From Candidatus Omnitrophota bacterium (GTDB lineage: Bacteria; Omnitrophota; Gorgyraeia; Gygaellales; Profunditerraquicolaceae), in NCBI GenBank assembly GCA_041649115.1, contig JBAZNT010000002.1, positions 48,666-112,665 on the forward strand: a stretch of 64,000 bases of DNA, read 5' to 3'. Positions 9,969 through 20,258 of this stretch are shown here, in pieces. Made by a program: the position numbers and the translations under genes. Below the pieces are notes generated by a model that did no database searches, was not told where the DNA came from, and worked only from the letters and a program-made list of their open reading frames with translations. Positions within the stretch are counted from its first letter, which is position 1; every line of letters begins with the position of its first letter.

Positions 9969-10082
9969 TTATCCCTGCCGTTGTTTGTGCTTGGGGTTGG
10001 TGCAGATGACGCGCACCACTCCTTTGCGGCGGATAATTTTGCACCTGTCGCAAATTTTTCTTATTGATGCCTTTACCTTCAT
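9969..10082 (-). CDS. rpmJ: 50S ribosomal protein L36 (Zn-ribbon form)
   Basis: Not in ORF track (37 aa). Own translation [37 protein letters not shown], with the C-x2-C-x12-C-x4-H pattern. Confidence 0.9.
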   Translation of the reverse strand: MKVKASIRKICDRCKIIRRKGVVRVICTNPKHKQRQG

Positions 10083-10083
10083 C

Positions 10084-10302
10084 TTATTTTAACCTGAATG
10101 TTATCCTGCCGCGGCTTAGGTCGTAGGGGGACAGTTCCAGTTTTACCTTATCTCCCGGCAGTATCCTGATAAAATTCATGCGCATCTTGCCCGAGACATG
10201 CGCCAATACGAGATGTTGATTCTCCAGCTGTACCCTGAACATCGCATTGGGGAGGGCTTCTACAATCGTGCCTTCGGTCTCAATTAGGTCTTCTTTAGCC
10301 AT
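10084..10302 (-). CDS. infA: translation initiation factor IF-1
   Basis: 72 aa with an S1-like fold. Highly conserved sequence. Confidence 0.95.
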   Translation of the reverse strand: MAKEDLIETEGTIVEALPNAMFRVQLENQHLVLAHVSGKMRMNFIRILPGDKVKLELSPYDLSRGRITFRLK

Positions 10303-11047
10303 TTAGATTCGTCAGTATTGTCGGCCCTTTATCCGTTATCGCAACGGTATGCTCGAAATGCGCCGAGGGCATACCGTCTTTGGTTACCGCGGTCCAGCCG
10401 TTATCCAGCACCCTGGTTTCCCACCCGCCCATATTTACCATCGGCTCAATTGCCAGGACCATCCCTTTCTTTAACGGGGTCCCGCGATGGGGCTGGCCGA
10501 AATTCGGTATCTCCGGCTCTTCGTGCAGTTGCCTTCCTATGCCGTGGCCTACAAATTCCCGTACTACCGAAAACCCGTTTCTTTCCACGTGGCGCTGAAC
10601 TGCATGAGAGATGTCAAAGAGGCGGTTATTTACCCGCGCCTGCCGTATCCCTTCCGACAATGCCTTGCGGGCCACCTCTATAAGCTTCTTTACGCGGGAT
10701 TCAACCCTTCCCGCTGAAAGCGTCACTGCGCTATCAACAAAAAACCCTTTGCATTCAATTCCGACGTCAAGGCTGACGATATCCCCGTCGGAAATTATCC
10801 TCGGGCCGGGTATCCCGTGAACCACTTCTTCGTTAATGGAAACGCAGACCGCTGCCGGATACCCGTGATACCCTTTGAATGCCGGCCTGCAGTCTGCCTG
10901 GCGTATGAACTCTTCTCCCAGGGAAGAAATCTCTGCGGTAGAAATACCGGGCCTTACGCAGCCTTCGAGCCTCTGTATTATCCCTGCAAGAATCCTGCCG
11001 GCCTCGCCCAATATCCGCAAGTCCTCTTCAGACTTTAATGGAATCAC
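10295..11047 (-). CDS. map: methionine aminopeptidase type I
   Basis: 250 aa with metal ligand motifs ([34 protein letters not shown]). Confidence 0.9.
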   Translation of the reverse strand: MIPLKSEEDLRILGEAGRILAGIIQRLEGCVRPGISTAEISSLGEEFIRQADCRPAFKGYHGYPAAVCVSINEEVVHGIPGPRIISDGDIVSLDVGIECKGFFVDSAVTLSAGRVESRVKKLIEVARKALSEGIRQARVNNRLFDISHAVQRHVERNGFSVVREFVGHGIGRQLHEEPEIPNFGQPHRGTPLKKGMVLAIEPMVNMGGWETRVLDNGWTAVTKDGMPSAHFEHTVAITDKGPTILTNLNG

Positions 11048-11693
11048 GCTTATGATTAATCAGACGCACCATCTCATCCAGCACTACCTCGGGGTCGCTA
11101 TCTGCTGCAATACCCTCAAGTGCCCGCCTGCCCCTGTAATACTCGATGAGAGGATGGGATTCCTTAAGGTAAACATCCAGGCGATTCCTGATGGTAGCCT
11201 CGTTATCATCGCTGCGGTGATAAAGAGGACTGCCGCATTTATCGCAAACCATGGCAACCTTAGGCGGCATATTCTTAACGTGAAAATTGCTTCCGCATTT
11301 AGTGCAAACCAGCCTTCCGGAAAGCCTCTGGATTATAACGTCTTCGCTGGCATCCAGATAAAAAACAATGTCTAGCGAACGGTTATTTTTTCTAAGATCA
11401 GCATCCAGGGATTTGGCTTGAGCGAGGTTGCGTGGATAACCATCCAGGATAAAACCCTCTTTGGTATCTTTTGCGCCGATCCTCTCCAAGACCATCTGCG
11501 TTACCAGGGCATCCGGAACCAGTTCGCCCTTATTCATGAACCCCTGGGCCTGGTTTCCTAATTCGGTCCCTTCTGCCACGTTCTGCCGCAGGATATCTCC
11601 GGTAGCTATGTGAGGCAGGTTGATTTTTGCTGCCAGGACCTTTGCCTGCGTCCCCTTGCCTGCTCCGGGAGGCCCCAGTAAAATTATGTTCAT
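11028..11693 (-). CDS. adk: adenylate kinase (Zn-binding lid form)
   Basis: 221 aa. P-loop GPPGAGKGTQ. Lid Cys pairs CTKCG...CDKCG. Confidence 0.95.
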   Translation of the reverse strand: MNIILLGPPGAGKGTQAKVLAAKINLPHIATGDILRQNVAEGTELGNQAQGFMNKGELVPDALVTQMVLERIGAKDTKEGFILDGYPRNLAQAKSLDADLRKNNRSLDIVFYLDASEDVIIQRLSGRLVCTKCGSNFHVKNMPPKVAMVCDKCGSPLYHRSDDNEATIRNRLDVYLKESHPLIEYYRGRRALEGIAADSDPEVVLDEMVRLINHKRDSIKV

Positions 11694-13039
11694 TATCTTC
11701 TGCCCCTGATACGGCCTGCCTTTAAAAAACCTTCGTAGTGATGCATTACCAGATGCGACTCAATCTGCTTGATGGTATCAAGCATTACGCCTACAATAAT
11801 CAATATACCGGTCCCCCCGAAGAAAGAAGCTACCAGGTAGGGCACCTTAAGCCAGGCCATCAAGAAATCCGGAAATATGGCGATGAAGGCGATGAATAAT
11901 GCGCCTGCCAGGGTAATCCTTACCATGACATAATCCAGGAATTCGGCCGTAGAACTTCCAGGGCGTATCCCGGGGATAAATCCGCCGTATTTCTTCATAT
12001 TCTCAGAAAGGTCAACCGGGTTAAATACGATTGCGGTATAAAAATAACAGAAGAATATTATCAAAAGAGCGTAGATTACCGTATAAAGCAAATGCCCCCT
12101 CACCAGGCCTTGCGCCAGCCTTTGGAACGTAGGATTGGGTATGAACGACGCCATCGTCGCCGGGAAAAGAATCAACGACTGCGCAAATATGATTGCAATC
12201 ACGCCGGAGGTATCGACCTTAAGAGGTATGTAGGTGCTCTGGCCCCCGAATATTTTCCTGCCTACTACCCGCCTGGCATACTGCACCGGGATCTTGCGTT
12301 GCCCCTGGGTTATCAGAACCACCGCGAAGATCACTCCCACCAGGAGGGCCGCCATAATCACGAGCGTTATCGGCTGAATCTGACGGTTCGCAGGGGTAAA
12401 CGGAGATATCAAAACATAAAGCTGATGGAAAGCAGTCGGTATCCTTGAAATTATGCCTGCGGTAATAACCAGCGATATGCCGTTTCCGATTCCGCGCTCC
12501 TGGATTTGTTCCCCCAGCCACATTATGAATATTGTGCCGGTAGTAAGGGTCAGTACTGTCAGTAGCCGGAATCCCCATCCGGGATACAATACAATCCTTA
12601 AGCCCTCAAATCGGCTGGGATTTTCAAGCCATAGCGCAATGAAGAACGACTGTATGAGCGCTAATCCAACAGTGCCATAGCGGGTGTATTGGTTTATCTT
12701 CTCTGCTCCCGCCCTCCCCTCCTTAGCCAACTTCTCTAAGGCCGGTATAACGGCAGTCAAAAGCTGCAGTATAATCGAAGCTGATATGTAAGGCATAATG
12801 CCGAGGGCAAAGATGGTCAGTCTTTCCATGGCGCCGCCGGAAAACATATTAATAATGCCAAAGAGCGTACCGCCCTGGGTCTTGGCCACACGGGTAAAGA
12901 ATTCCGCCAGTGCCGCCCCGTCAATGCCGGGGGTCGGAACATAGCAACCCATGCGGTATATCGTCAAGAGGCCCAGGGTAATAAAGAGCTTTTTTTTAAG
13001 ATCCGGTATCTTAAAGGAATTGACTAATGCGTTAAGCAT
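11693..13039 (-). CDS. secY: preprotein translocase subunit SecY
   Basis: 448 aa with 10 TM helices and typical SecY motifs. Confidence 0.95.
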   Translation of the reverse strand: MLNALVNSFKIPDLKKKLFITLGLLTIYRMGCYVPTPGIDGAALAEFFTRVAKTQGGTLFGIINMFSGGAMERLTIFALGIMPYISASIILQLLTAVIPALEKLAKEGRAGAEKINQYTRYGTVGLALIQSFFIALWLENPSRFEGLRIVLYPGWGFRLLTVLTLTTGTIFIMWLGEQIQERGIGNGISLVITAGIISRIPTAFHQLYVLISPFTPANRQIQPITLVIMAALLVGVIFAVVLITQGQRKIPVQYARRVVGRKIFGGQSTYIPLKVDTSGVIAIIFAQSLILFPATMASFIPNPTFQRLAQGLVRGHLLYTVIYALLIIFFCYFYTAIVFNPVDLSENMKKYGGFIPGIRPGSSTAEFLDYVMVRITLAGALFIAFIAIFPDFLMAWLKVPYLVASFFGGTGILIIVGVMLDTIKQIESHLVMHHYEGFLKAGRIRGRR

Positions 13040-13613
13040 GAATTAATTCTATCTTGCCGCCGGCCTTTGTGATCTTGTCCCGTGCCTGTTTGGATACGGC
13101 GTGGACCTGTACGGTCAGCGCATTCTTGAGCTCGCCGTCGCCCAGTATCTTCACCGGTACGCCTGCGTTCCTGATAAGCCCTTTATCCTTGAGGATATCA
13201 ACGGTAACCGTGGCCTCCTTTATCCGGTTGAGCTCGCGTAAATTAATAATCTGGTAATCCTTACGGAATTTGTTAGTGAACCCCCGTTTGGGCATACGGC
13301 GGATTATCGGAGTCTGCCCTCCTTCAAAACCCGGATAGAAATCCCTTCCGCTGCGCGAGGTCTGTCCTTTGCTGCCGCGGGTAGAGGTCTTGCCGTGCCC
13401 GGAACCCGAACCGCGGCCAAGGAGCTTCTTGGCTTTATGCGCCCCCTTAGGCACGCAAAGTTTATGTAAACCGAGGATGCTCTCCTGCCTTAATGCCGCT
13501 GCCTTATGTCTCTTGACAGCCGGAGTTGTCACGGCGGTTCTCTTCTGAGGCAGCGTCCTATTCCTGCCCTTGCCTGCCTTAGGCCTGATTGTTTTCGATG
13601 TTTTCTTTTCCAT
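13032..13613 (-). CDS. rplO: 50S ribosomal protein L15 with basic N-terminal extension
   Basis: 193 aa. uL15 core begins near [28 protein letters not shown]. About 45 aa of basic sequence precede it. The ORF overlaps the rpsE 3' end by 35 nt, so the true start is uncertain. Confidence 0.85.
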   Translation of the reverse strand: MEKKTSKTIRPKAGKGRNRTLPQKRTAVTTPAVKRHKAAALRQESILGLHKLCVPKGAHKAKKLLGRGSGSGHGKTSTRGSKGQTSRSGRDFYPGFEGGQTPIIRRMPKRGFTNKFRKDYQIINLRELNRIKEATVTVDILKDKGLIRNAGVPVKILGDGELKNALTVQVHAVSKQARDKITKAGGKIELIHA

Positions 13614-14073
13614 CTTTTTTCACTGCCTTCAAATCCTTCAATGCCACCATCGTGGCCTTGATTACGTTAACGGGATTATTTGATTTTAAGCATTTGGTTA
13701 AAATATCCCTGATGCCCACGGCTTCGCATATTGCCCTCACCGGCGCCGCAGCAATAACTCCGGTTCCTTCCGAAGCCGGCTTAAGGAGAACCTTTGCCGC
13801 TCCAAAAAGGCCTAAGGATTCATGGGGTATGGTAGAGCCGGCCAGAGGGATTTTTACCAGCTGTTTCTTGGCGCGGGTTAATGCCTTGCGTATGGCATAA
13901 GCTACTTCGTTGGCCTTGCCCATGGCGAATCCTACGCTGCCCCTGCCGTCCCCGACCACTACCAGCGCTGCAAAAGAAAGTTTTTTGCCTCCTTTGGTAA
14001 CTTTGGAGACGCGGTTTATCATGATAACCTTTTCCGTAAATTCCGACTGTTGTTGCGATGTCGCTTCACGCAT
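13579..14073 (-). CDS. rpsE: 30S ribosomal protein S5
   Basis: 164 aa. uS5 dsRBD plus C-terminal domain. Confidence 0.95.
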   Translation of the reverse strand: MREATSQQQSEFTEKVIMINRVSKVTKGGKKLSFAALVVVGDGRGSVGFAMGKANEVAYAIRKALTRAKKQLVKIPLAGSTIPHESLGLFGAAKVLLKPASEGTGVIAAAPVRAICEAVGIRDILTKCLKSNNPVNVIKATMVALKDLKAVKKDGKENIENNQA

Positions 14074-14075
14074 GT

Positions 14076-14438
14076 TTAAAACTCCAGTCCTGCTTTCCTT
14101 AAGCCTTCCGCGAAGGCCTTTACCCTGCCGTGATAGAGATATCCGGCGCGGTCAAAAACAATTCTGTTAATCCCTTTTTCTTTTATCCGGCGTCCAAAAA
14201 CCTCGCCTAACAACTGCGCAGCTTTAACGTTTCCTCCGTAAGAAGCCGCCTGCTTCACTTCCTTGTCCATGGTGGAAGAAGAAACGATTGTCTTGGCCAT
14301 GCCGTCATCCACCAACTGGGCGTAGATATTTTTTAGGCTGCGCCGCACTACCATCCGCGGCCTATCGCTCCTGCCGTGAAGACGCACCTTTATCCTTTTA
14401 TGCCTTTTTAATCTGAGTAACTCGGTCTTTGCTTTCAT
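14076..14438 (-). CDS. rplR: 50S ribosomal protein L18
   Basis: 120 aa. uL18 motifs. Confidence 0.95.
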   Translation of the reverse strand: MKAKTELLRLKRHKRIKVRLHGRSDRPRMVVRRSLKNIYAQLVDDGMAKTIVSSSTMDKEVKQAASYGGNVKAAQLLGEVFGRRIKEKGINRIVFDRAGYLYHGRVKAFAEGLRKAGLEF

Positions 14439-14442
14439 ATTA

Positions 14443-14997
14443 TTATTTTGCTCCGCTTCCGCTGGCCTGGGCTTTACCCACCTTCTTTTTAACGTGTTCG
14501 CCTACGTAGCGGATGCCCTTGCCTTTGTAAGGCTCTGGAGGGCAGCTGCCGCGTATCCGGGCAGCCAGCTCGCCGACCTTCTCCTTATCGATGCCACGGA
14601 CTACCAACTGGGTCGGCTTGGGAGACTCAAACTTTATCCCCTCCGGAGCATTGAATATTACCGGATGGGAGTACCCTAACTGCATAGTAAGTTTATTGCC
14701 CTGAACCTGGGCCTTATACCCCACCCCGATAATCTCGAGTTCCTTAGTATAACCTTCCGCGACCCCCTTAATCATATTCGCTACCAAAACCCGCCACAGG
14801 CCGTGCAAAGACCTGTCCATTTTGGTATCGGCTACGCGGGTGACTAAAACCTGGTTATCCTTAATCTCCAGCTTGATGCGGTCGGGTATAATGCGGCTGA
14901 TTTTTCCCTTGGGGCCTTCTATCATAACTGCCCCGTCTTTTGCTTCAACCTTAATCCCCTGAGGTATTGCTACCGGCTTCTTTCCTATTCTTGACAT
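14443..14997 (-). CDS. rplF: 50S ribosomal protein L6
   Basis: 184 aa. MSRIGKKPVAIPQGIKV. Confidence 0.95.
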   Translation of the reverse strand: MSRIGKKPVAIPQGIKVEAKDGAVMIEGPKGKISRIIPDRIKLEIKDNQVLVTRVADTKMDRSLHGLWRVLVANMIKGVAEGYTKELEIIGVGYKAQVQGNKLTMQLGYSHPVIFNAPEGIKFESPKPTQLVVRGIDKEKVGELAARIRGSCPPEPYKGKGIRYVGEHVKKKVGKAQASGSGAK

Positions 14998-15006
14998 ATT
15001 TATACC

Positions 15007-15402
15007 TTACCAGACATAGGCGATTACCTCGCCCCCTATCCCCTGTTCCCTGGCTTCGCTATCGGTTAGGATGCCTTTAGATGTCGAGATAAACGCCAAC
15101 CCTCTTCCCCTTAAGACTACCGGCACCTTTTTGCTCTTAACGTAAAAACGCAAGGAGGGGCGCGAGATGCGCTTTAAATTACGGATGGCGGATTTTCCCG
15201 CGATGTATTTGAGGTAGACCCTCAAGACCCCCTGTTTTTTATCCTCTATCAATTTGAAATTATCGATGTATTCCTGGCGCTTGAGAATTTCCATGATGGA
15301 CCCAAGGGTCCTGGAGGCCGGCACGTCCACGTTCTCCTTGTTTATAAGGATGGCGTTGCGTATGGCCGTGAATGCGTCTGCGATCAGATCTGTCCTTGAC
15401 AT
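15007..15402 (-). CDS. rpsH: 30S ribosomal protein S8
   Basis: 131 aa. uS8. Confidence 0.95.
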   Translation of the reverse strand: MSRTDLIADAFTAIRNAILINKENVDVPASRTLGSIMEILKRQEYIDNFKLIEDKKQGVLRVYLKYIAGKSAIRNLKRISRPSLRFYVKSKKVPVVLRGRGLAFISTSKGILTDSEAREQGIGGEVIAYVW

Positions 15403-15427
15403 GTTGTTATCTTCTCCGTTATAACGT

Positions 15428-15613
15428 TTACCAGCTGGCTTTTTTTATCCCCGGGATAAGCCCTTTCCAGCTAAGTTCCCTGAAACATATGCGGCAGAGC
15501 TTAAATCTGCGCAGGTATCCACCCGACCTGCCGCAGATGGCGCAACGGTTGTATTTACGGGTTGAAAATTTCGGTTTTCTCTTCCAGCGGTTTATTTGCG
15601 ATGTTTTGGCCAT
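15428..15613 (-). CDS. rpsZ: 30S ribosomal protein S14 type Z (zinc-binding)
   Basis: 61 aa. C-x2-C...C-x2-C ([20 protein letters not shown]). Confidence 0.95.
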   Translation of the reverse strand: MAKTSQINRWKRKPKFSTRKYNRCAICGRSGGYLRRFKLCRICFRELSWKGLIPGIKKASW

Positions 15614-15637
15614 TTTACGGGATCGAACTCCTTGGTG

Positions 15638-16189
15638 TTAATCTTCCGTCTTAAAGGGCATCCCGAAAAGTCTCAGGAGCTCCCTGGAATATTCTTTATT
15701 TTTTGACTTTTTTATTACAAACGTTATCTCCATGCCTTGAGTGCGGGGTGTTTTGTCTATGTCGATTTCCGGGAATATCGTCTGGTCCGTAATGCCAAGC
15801 GTATAGTTTCCGGCGTGGTCAAAGGAATCCGCCGGAACTCCGCGGAAGTCGCGGATGCGCGGCAGGGCAATGTTGATGAGCTTATCCATAAATTCGTACA
15901 TCCGGCTGGAACGCAGGGTGACCTTGCACCCGACGGGATTACCCTGCTTGATCTTAAAGTTGGAAATGGCCTTTTTGGCGCGCCTGATAACGGGCTTCTG
16001 CCCCGTAATCAAACCTAATTCCTCGGCAGCCTTATCCAGGATCTTGACATCCTGAAGGGCCTCCCCCACGCCCATATTTACCACGATCTTCTCGATGTAG
16101 GGCACCGCCATCCTGTTGGAAAGATTGAATGCCTTTGACATCCCAGCGGTAATTTCGTTGCGATATTTCTCTAATAATCTGGCTGCCAT
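15638..16189 (-). CDS. rplE: 50S ribosomal protein L5
   Basis: uL5. ORF track extends to 16210. Met at MAARLLEKY gives a start 2 nt after the rplX stop, which is more plausible. Confidence 0.9.
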   Translation of the reverse strand: MAARLLEKYRNEITAGMSKAFNLSNRMAVPYIEKIVVNMGVGEALQDVKILDKAAEELGLITGQKPVIRRAKKAISNFKIKQGNPVGCKVTLRSSRMYEFMDKLINIALPRIRDFRGVPADSFDHAGNYTLGITDQTIFPEIDIDKTPRTQGMEITFVIKKSKNKEYSRELLRLFGMPFKTED

Positions 16190-16191
16190 CT

Positions 16192-16506
16192 TTATACCGC
16201 CTCTTTGCATGACCTGCAGACCCTGCTTTTGGTTCCGTCCTTGAGGACAGAAAAACCCAGCCTTACCGGATGGTTGCAGTGTTTACACAGGTACATAATA
16301 TTTGCTATCGAGATGGGAGATTCTATCGATATGACCCCGCCCTTCTGATCCTCGCGGGTGCGGCGTTTATGCTTCTTTACAAGATTAACCCCTTCTATCA
16401 GCGCGCGGGGGCTCTTGCCGCAGAAAACCTCAAGGACTTTTCCTTTTTTGCCGCGGTCTTTGCCTTTGATAACCTGTACCGTATCGCCTTTTCTAATCTT
16501 TAACAT
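16192..16506 (-). CDS. rplX: 50S ribosomal protein L24 with C-terminal CxxC...CxxC motif
   Basis: 104 aa. KOW N-terminus [25 protein letters not shown]-terminal YLCKHCNHPVRLGFSVLKDGTKSRVCRSCKEAV. Confidence 0.9.
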   Translation of the reverse strand: MLKIRKGDTVQVIKGKDRGKKGKVLEVFCGKSPRALIEGVNLVKKHKRRTREDQKGGVISIESPISIANIMYLCKHCNHPVRLGFSVLKDGTKSRVCRSCKEAV

Positions 16507-16874
16507 TAAATTACCTCGGGTGCTAAAGAGATTATCTTGGTAAAATTCTTCTCTCTGAGTTCCCTGGCTACCGGGCCGAAGACCCTTGTGCCTTTTGGGT
16601 TCGACTGCTGGTCTATGAAAACAATGGCGTTGCGGTCAAACCTTAAGACCGAGCCGTCATTCCTGCGGATAGGCTGCTTGGTCCTGACCACTACGGCCTT
16701 GCCGACCTCCCCCTTCTTGACTGCGGCGTCGGGAGAGGATTCCTTAACGTTAACGTTTATGATGTCCCCGATTTCGACGTCGGCGCTGTTCTTGCGGCCC
16801 AGGACCCCGATACAGGAAGCCTTCTTGGCCCCGGTATTGTCTGCCACGTCCAGGATGGTGCGCAGTTGAATCAT
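16506..16874 (-). CDS. rplN: 50S ribosomal protein L14
   Basis: 122 aa. [18 protein letters not shown]. Confidence 0.95.
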   Translation of the reverse strand: MIQLRTILDVADNTGAKKASCIGVLGRKNSADVEIGDIINVNVKESSPDAAVKKGEVGKAVVVRTKQPIRRNDGSVLRFDRNAIVFIDQQSNPKGTRVFGPVARELREKNFTKIISLAPEVI

Positions 16875-17164
16875 TTTTCTTCTCCGGTTGAATCTTTCTT
16901 TATCTCGACGTGCGGCAGCTGGGATTTCTTGATTACCTCCAGCAGCCTAAAACGCTTCTCCTTGGATAAAGGGCGCGTCTCGATGATTTTTACCGTATCG
17001 CCGATTTTGGATACGCCGCGTTCGTCGTGGACTTTGAATTTATTATGCTTTTTCTGGATCCTGCCGTATTTGGGGTGCTTTGCCATGCGTACCACCCGCA
17101 CGATTACGGTCTTCTGCATCTTATCGTTTATTACCGTTCCTATAAGCGCCTTCGTCTTACCCAT
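16871..17164 (-). CDS. rpsQ: 30S ribosomal protein S17
   Basis: ORF track gives 125 aa to 17248, but its first 28 codons overlap rpmC. Internal Met ([19 protein letters not shown]) matches the uS17 N-terminus and gives the usual 8-nt ATGGGTAA overlap with the rpmC stop. Confidence 0.9.
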   Translation of the reverse strand: MGKTKALIGTVINDKMQKTVIVRVVRMAKHPKYGRIQKKHNKFKVHDERGVSKIGDTVKIIETRPLSKEKRFRLLEVIKKSQLPHVEIKKDSTGEEK

Positions 17165-17357
17165 TTGCTTTTTCCTGCCTTTGGCGGAGAATAGTTTTAA
17201 TCCTGGCGATATCCTTTTTTGCCAGGCTGAAGCGGTGCGGCTTCTCAACCCTGCCGCTGTAACGCTCCTGATTAAGCCTTGCCAGCTCTTCCTTAAGGCC
17301 CTTTTCCTTCAGTAATAATTCTTCCTGCGAGAGATTAATTAAGTCCTTTGTCTTCAT
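17157..17357 (-). CDS. rpmC: 50S ribosomal protein L29
   Basis: 66 aa. uL29 helical hairpin. Confidence 0.9.
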   Translation of the reverse strand: MKTKDLINLSQEELLLKEKGLKEELARLNQERYSGRVEKPHRFSLAKKDIARIKTILRQRQEKANG

Positions 17358-17358
17358 T

Positions 17359-17775
17359 TTATCTGTGCGTCCTGGTTACGAATTTGGTCTTAAGGGGCAA
17401 TTTATAAGCAGCGAGGCGGAAACACTGCCTGGCGTATTCTTCCGGTACCCCGCCCAATTCAAACAATACACGCCCGCGCTTTACAACCGCTACCCAGTGA
17501 TCCACGTCGCCCTTGCCTTTACCCATACGCACCTCTTGCGGCTTCTTAGTAATGGACTTGTCGGTGAAGATGCGGATCCAGAGCTTGCCGCCTTTATGCA
17601 ACTGGCGGGCAAGTATTACGCGTACCGCCTCTATATGGTTATTTCTAATCCACCCGTTTTCAATAACCTTAAGCCCGAATTCCCCAAACGCCAATTCCGA
17701 ACCGGATGTAGCGATGCCGCGGCGCTGCCCCTTTTGGCTTTTGCGGTATTTTACTCTTTTGGGCATCATTACCAT
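17359..17775 (-). CDS. rplP: 50S ribosomal protein L16
   Basis: 138 aa. uL16. Confidence 0.95.
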   Translation of the reverse strand: MVMMPKRVKYRKSQKGQRRGIATSGSELAFGEFGLKVIENGWIRNNHIEAVRVILARQLHKGGKLWIRIFTDKSITKKPQEVRMGKGKGDVDHWVAVVKRGRVLFELGGVPEEYARQCFRLAAYKLPLKTKFVTRTHR

Positions 17776-17790
17776 AATAACATTCTCCTG

Positions 17791-18495
17791 TTATTGGCCC
17801 GCGGGTTGCGATTTTTCAGCCGAGGGTTCTTCTTCCTGCGCTCCGGCTGCGGGATAAAGCGGATTCCTGTCCAGGATATCTCCTTTATAAATCCAGACCT
17901 TGATTCCGATTAACCCATAGGTAGTTAAGCTCTGCACAAAACCGTAATCAATATCGGCGCGCAGGGTCTGCAGCGGAATCTTGCCTTGCCTGTAGGTCTC
18001 GGTCCTCGACATCTCGGCGCCCCCGAGCCTGCCTGAACAGACAACCTTGATGCCTTTGGCGCCGGCATTCATGCTTTGTTCAATCGCGCGCTTTATGGCG
18101 CGGCGGTGGGCAACCCTCTTCTCAAGCTGCATAGCAACATTGGCAGCTACCAGCTGTGCTTCCAACGCCGGGTTTTTAATCTCCTCTATGTCGATAGCCA
18201 CTTCTTTTTTGACCATGTTATTAAGATCCTGGCGCAGCTGCTCGATGTCCGAACCGTGCCTGCCGATGATAATGCCGGGGCGGGCGGATGCGATGCGCAC
18301 CTTGACCTTATCGATAACCCTCTCAATGGTAACCCTTGCGATCGCGGCGTGCTTGAATTTATTTTCTATAAAATTGCGGATGCGATGGTCTTCCTCAATA
18401 TAGCGCGCATAATCCTTGGGCTTGGCAAACCAACGGCTTTGCCACGTCCTGATAAAACCCAGTCTTAAAGCTAAGGGGTGAACCTTATGTCCCAT
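17791..18495 (-). CDS. rpsC: 30S ribosomal protein S3
   Basis: 234 aa. KH domain. Acidic/Pro C-terminus. Confidence 0.95.
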   Translation of the reverse strand: MGHKVHPLALRLGFIRTWQSRWFAKPKDYARYIEEDHRIRNFIENKFKHAAIARVTIERVIDKVKVRIASARPGIIIGRHGSDIEQLRQDLNNMVKKEVAIDIEEIKNPALEAQLVAANVAMQLEKRVAHRRAIKRAIEQSMNAGAKGIKVVCSGRLGGAEMSRTETYRQGKIPLQTLRADIDYGFVQSLTTYGLIGIKVWIYKGDILDRNPLYPAAGAQEEEPSAEKSQPAGQ

Positions 18496-18499
18496 AAGA

Positions 18500-18838
18500 T
18501 TATTCTCCTGATTTGATATCCAATTCTATCCTAAGATGCGAAGTCCTCCTGCGGATGGGCGCTGCCCTTCCGAACGCCGCTGCCTTATAACGCTTCCAGG
18601 ACGGCCCGACATCGCAAACGGCCTTTGACACATAAAGCTGTTCGGGCTTAAAGCCCTTGACCTTGGCGTTGGCAACAGCCGAACGCAGTATCTTGATAAG
18701 GTACTCCTTAGGCCTTTTGTTAAGGTTAATCAATATTGCCTCTGCCTCGGGGACATCCCGACGGCGGATAAGGTCCATTACCTGGCGGACCTTGCTGGGC
18801 GATATCCTTAGGAATTTTGCTTCGGCTTTTACTATCAT
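18500..18838 (-). CDS. rplV: 50S ribosomal protein L22
   Basis: ORF track extends to 18916 into rpsS. Met-27 (MIVKAEAKFLRISPSKVRQV) gives a start 1 nt after the rpsS stop. Confidence 0.9.
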   Translation of the reverse strand: MIVKAEAKFLRISPSKVRQVMDLIRRRDVPEAEAILINLNKRPKEYLIKILRSAVANAKVKGFKPEQLYVSKAVCDVGPSWKRYKAAAFGRAAPIRRRTSHLRIELDIKSGE

Positions 18839-18839
18839 G

Positions 18840-19127
18840 TTAGGTCTTATCCGGTGATTTCTTGGCTTTGACGCCGCCGTGTTTTCTAAAAATGCGGCTG
18901 TGCGCAAACTCTCCAAGTTTATGCCCTACCATATTTTCGGTTACAAAAACGGGGATATGCTTCCTGCCGTCATAGACTGCAAAAGTCATCCCTACGAAAT
19001 CAGGAATAATCATTGAAGACCTTGACCAGGTCTTGATAGCCAGACGGCTTCCGGTACGCCTGGCCCGCTCTACATGTTTTAAGAGGCTCTCGTGAACATA
19101 CGGACCTTTTTTAAGTGAACGCGGCAT
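18840..19127 (-). CDS. rpsS: 30S ribosomal protein S19
   Basis: 95 aa. [11 protein letters not shown]. Confidence 0.95.
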   Translation of the reverse strand: MPRSLKKGPYVHESLLKHVERARRTGSRLAIKTWSRSSMIIPDFVGMTFAVYDGRKHIPVFVTENMVGHKLGEFAHSRIFRKHGGVKAKKSPDKT

Positions 19128-19130
19128 ATT

Positions 19131-19970
19131 TTAGTTCCTTCGTTTAACGATAAATTTATCGGAGTACTTGTTTGGCCTGCGGGTCTTATACCCCTTGGTC
19201 GGTTTTCCCCATGGTGTTACGGGATGCGGATTTCCCTGCCCGGCCTTTCCTTCCCCGCCGCCGTGACCGTGGTCGTGCGGGTTCATGGCAGAACCCCTGA
19301 CCGTAGGCTTAATCCCCATCCATCTGGTGCGTCCTGCCTTGCCGATACTGACGGCCTCATGTTCAATATTGCCGACTTGTCCGATAGTAGCCCGGCAGTC
19401 CAAGCTGATAAGCCGCACCTCTCCGGAAGGCAGTTTTACGTGCGCATATTCCTGCTCTTTGGCCATAATCTGAGCCGAAGAGCCTGCGCCGCGCACGATC
19501 TGTCCGCCCTTGCCTTTAACCAGCTCAATATTGTGTATCATGGTTCCGGTAGGTATATATCTTAAAGGAAAGCAATTGCCTACTTTTACCTCAACGTCTT
19601 TTTGCTCTGAAGATATCACCGTGTCTCCGGCATTTAAACCTACCGGCGCCAGGATGTATCTCCTTTCCTTTGCGGGATTGCGGTATTCTATCAGCGCAAT
19701 GCGGCAGGAACGATTTGGGTCATACTCTATCCCGAGCACCTCTGCCGCAACATCCTGAATCTGGCGCTTGAAATCTATGATGCGGTAAAATCTCTTGTGC
19801 CCTCCGCCGCGATGCCTTACCGTAACCCGGCCGTACGCATTCCTGCCTCCGCTTTTCTTCAATGCCACAAGCAGCGATTTATGCGGATCCCTTTTGGTTA
19901 ATTCCGAAAAGTCAGGACCTGTCATCCAACGCCTGGAAGAGGTTGTAGGTTTAAACTTTTTTATGCCCAT
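19131..19970 (-). CDS. rplB: 50S ribosomal protein L2
   Basis: 279 aa. uL2. Confidence 0.95.
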   Translation of the reverse strand: MGIKKFKPTTSSRRWMTGPDFSELTKRDPHKSLLVALKKSGGRNAYGRVTVRHRGGGHKRFYRIIDFKRQIQDVAAEVLGIEYDPNRSCRIALIEYRNPAKERRYILAPVGLNAGDTVISSEQKDVEVKVGNCFPLRYIPTGTMIHNIELVKGKGGQIVRGAGSSAQIMAKEQEYAHVKLPSGEVRLISLDCRATIGQVGNIEHEAVSIGKAGRTRWMGIKPTVRGSAMNPHDHGHGGGEGKAGQGNPHPVTPWGKPTKGYKTRRPNKYSDKFIVKRRN

Positions 19971-19979
19971 AGCAATATC

Positions 19980-20258
19980 CTACTTTATCTCTATCTTCTG
20001 ACCCTCTTTAAGGGTGACTACCGCTTTTTTTAGGTCCGGCGTCCTGCCGTATTGATGGCGCACCCGTTTTAATTTTCCGGGGGCAATAAAGGTATTCACG
20101 TCCGCCACCTTCACCTTGTAAAGCTCTTCGACCGCTTTTTTAATTTCTATCTTATTAGAGACCTTGCTTACCAGAAACAGGTATTTCCTGTCCGGTTCGT
20201 AATAAGTAGATTTTTCTGTCTTCAATAACGATTTTATTACGTCGTGAGAAGCCTTCAT
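19980..20258 (-). CDS. rplW: 50S ribosomal protein L23
   Basis: 92 aa. uL23. Confidence 0.9.
   Translation of the reverse strand: MKASHDVIKSLLKTEKSTYYEPDRKYLFLVSKVSNKIEIKKAVEELYKVKVADVNTFIAPGKLKRVRHQYGRTPDLKKAVVTLKEGQKIEIK

Noticed and set aside
13470-13613. Idea that the L15 N-terminal extension is a fused L30
   Set aside because: No similarity to the L30 ferredoxin-like fold sequence. The composition is simple basic low-complexity.
16871-17248. Long N-terminal extensions in ORF-track calls for rpsQ, rplV (18500-18916), nusG (to 36378), alaS (to 53355), hisI (to 46244) and rplE (to 16210)
   Set aside because: Each extension overlaps the upstream gene by tens of nt. An internal Met that matches the family N-terminus restores a 1-8 nt junction. 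Treated as start-codon over-extension, not as novel domains.
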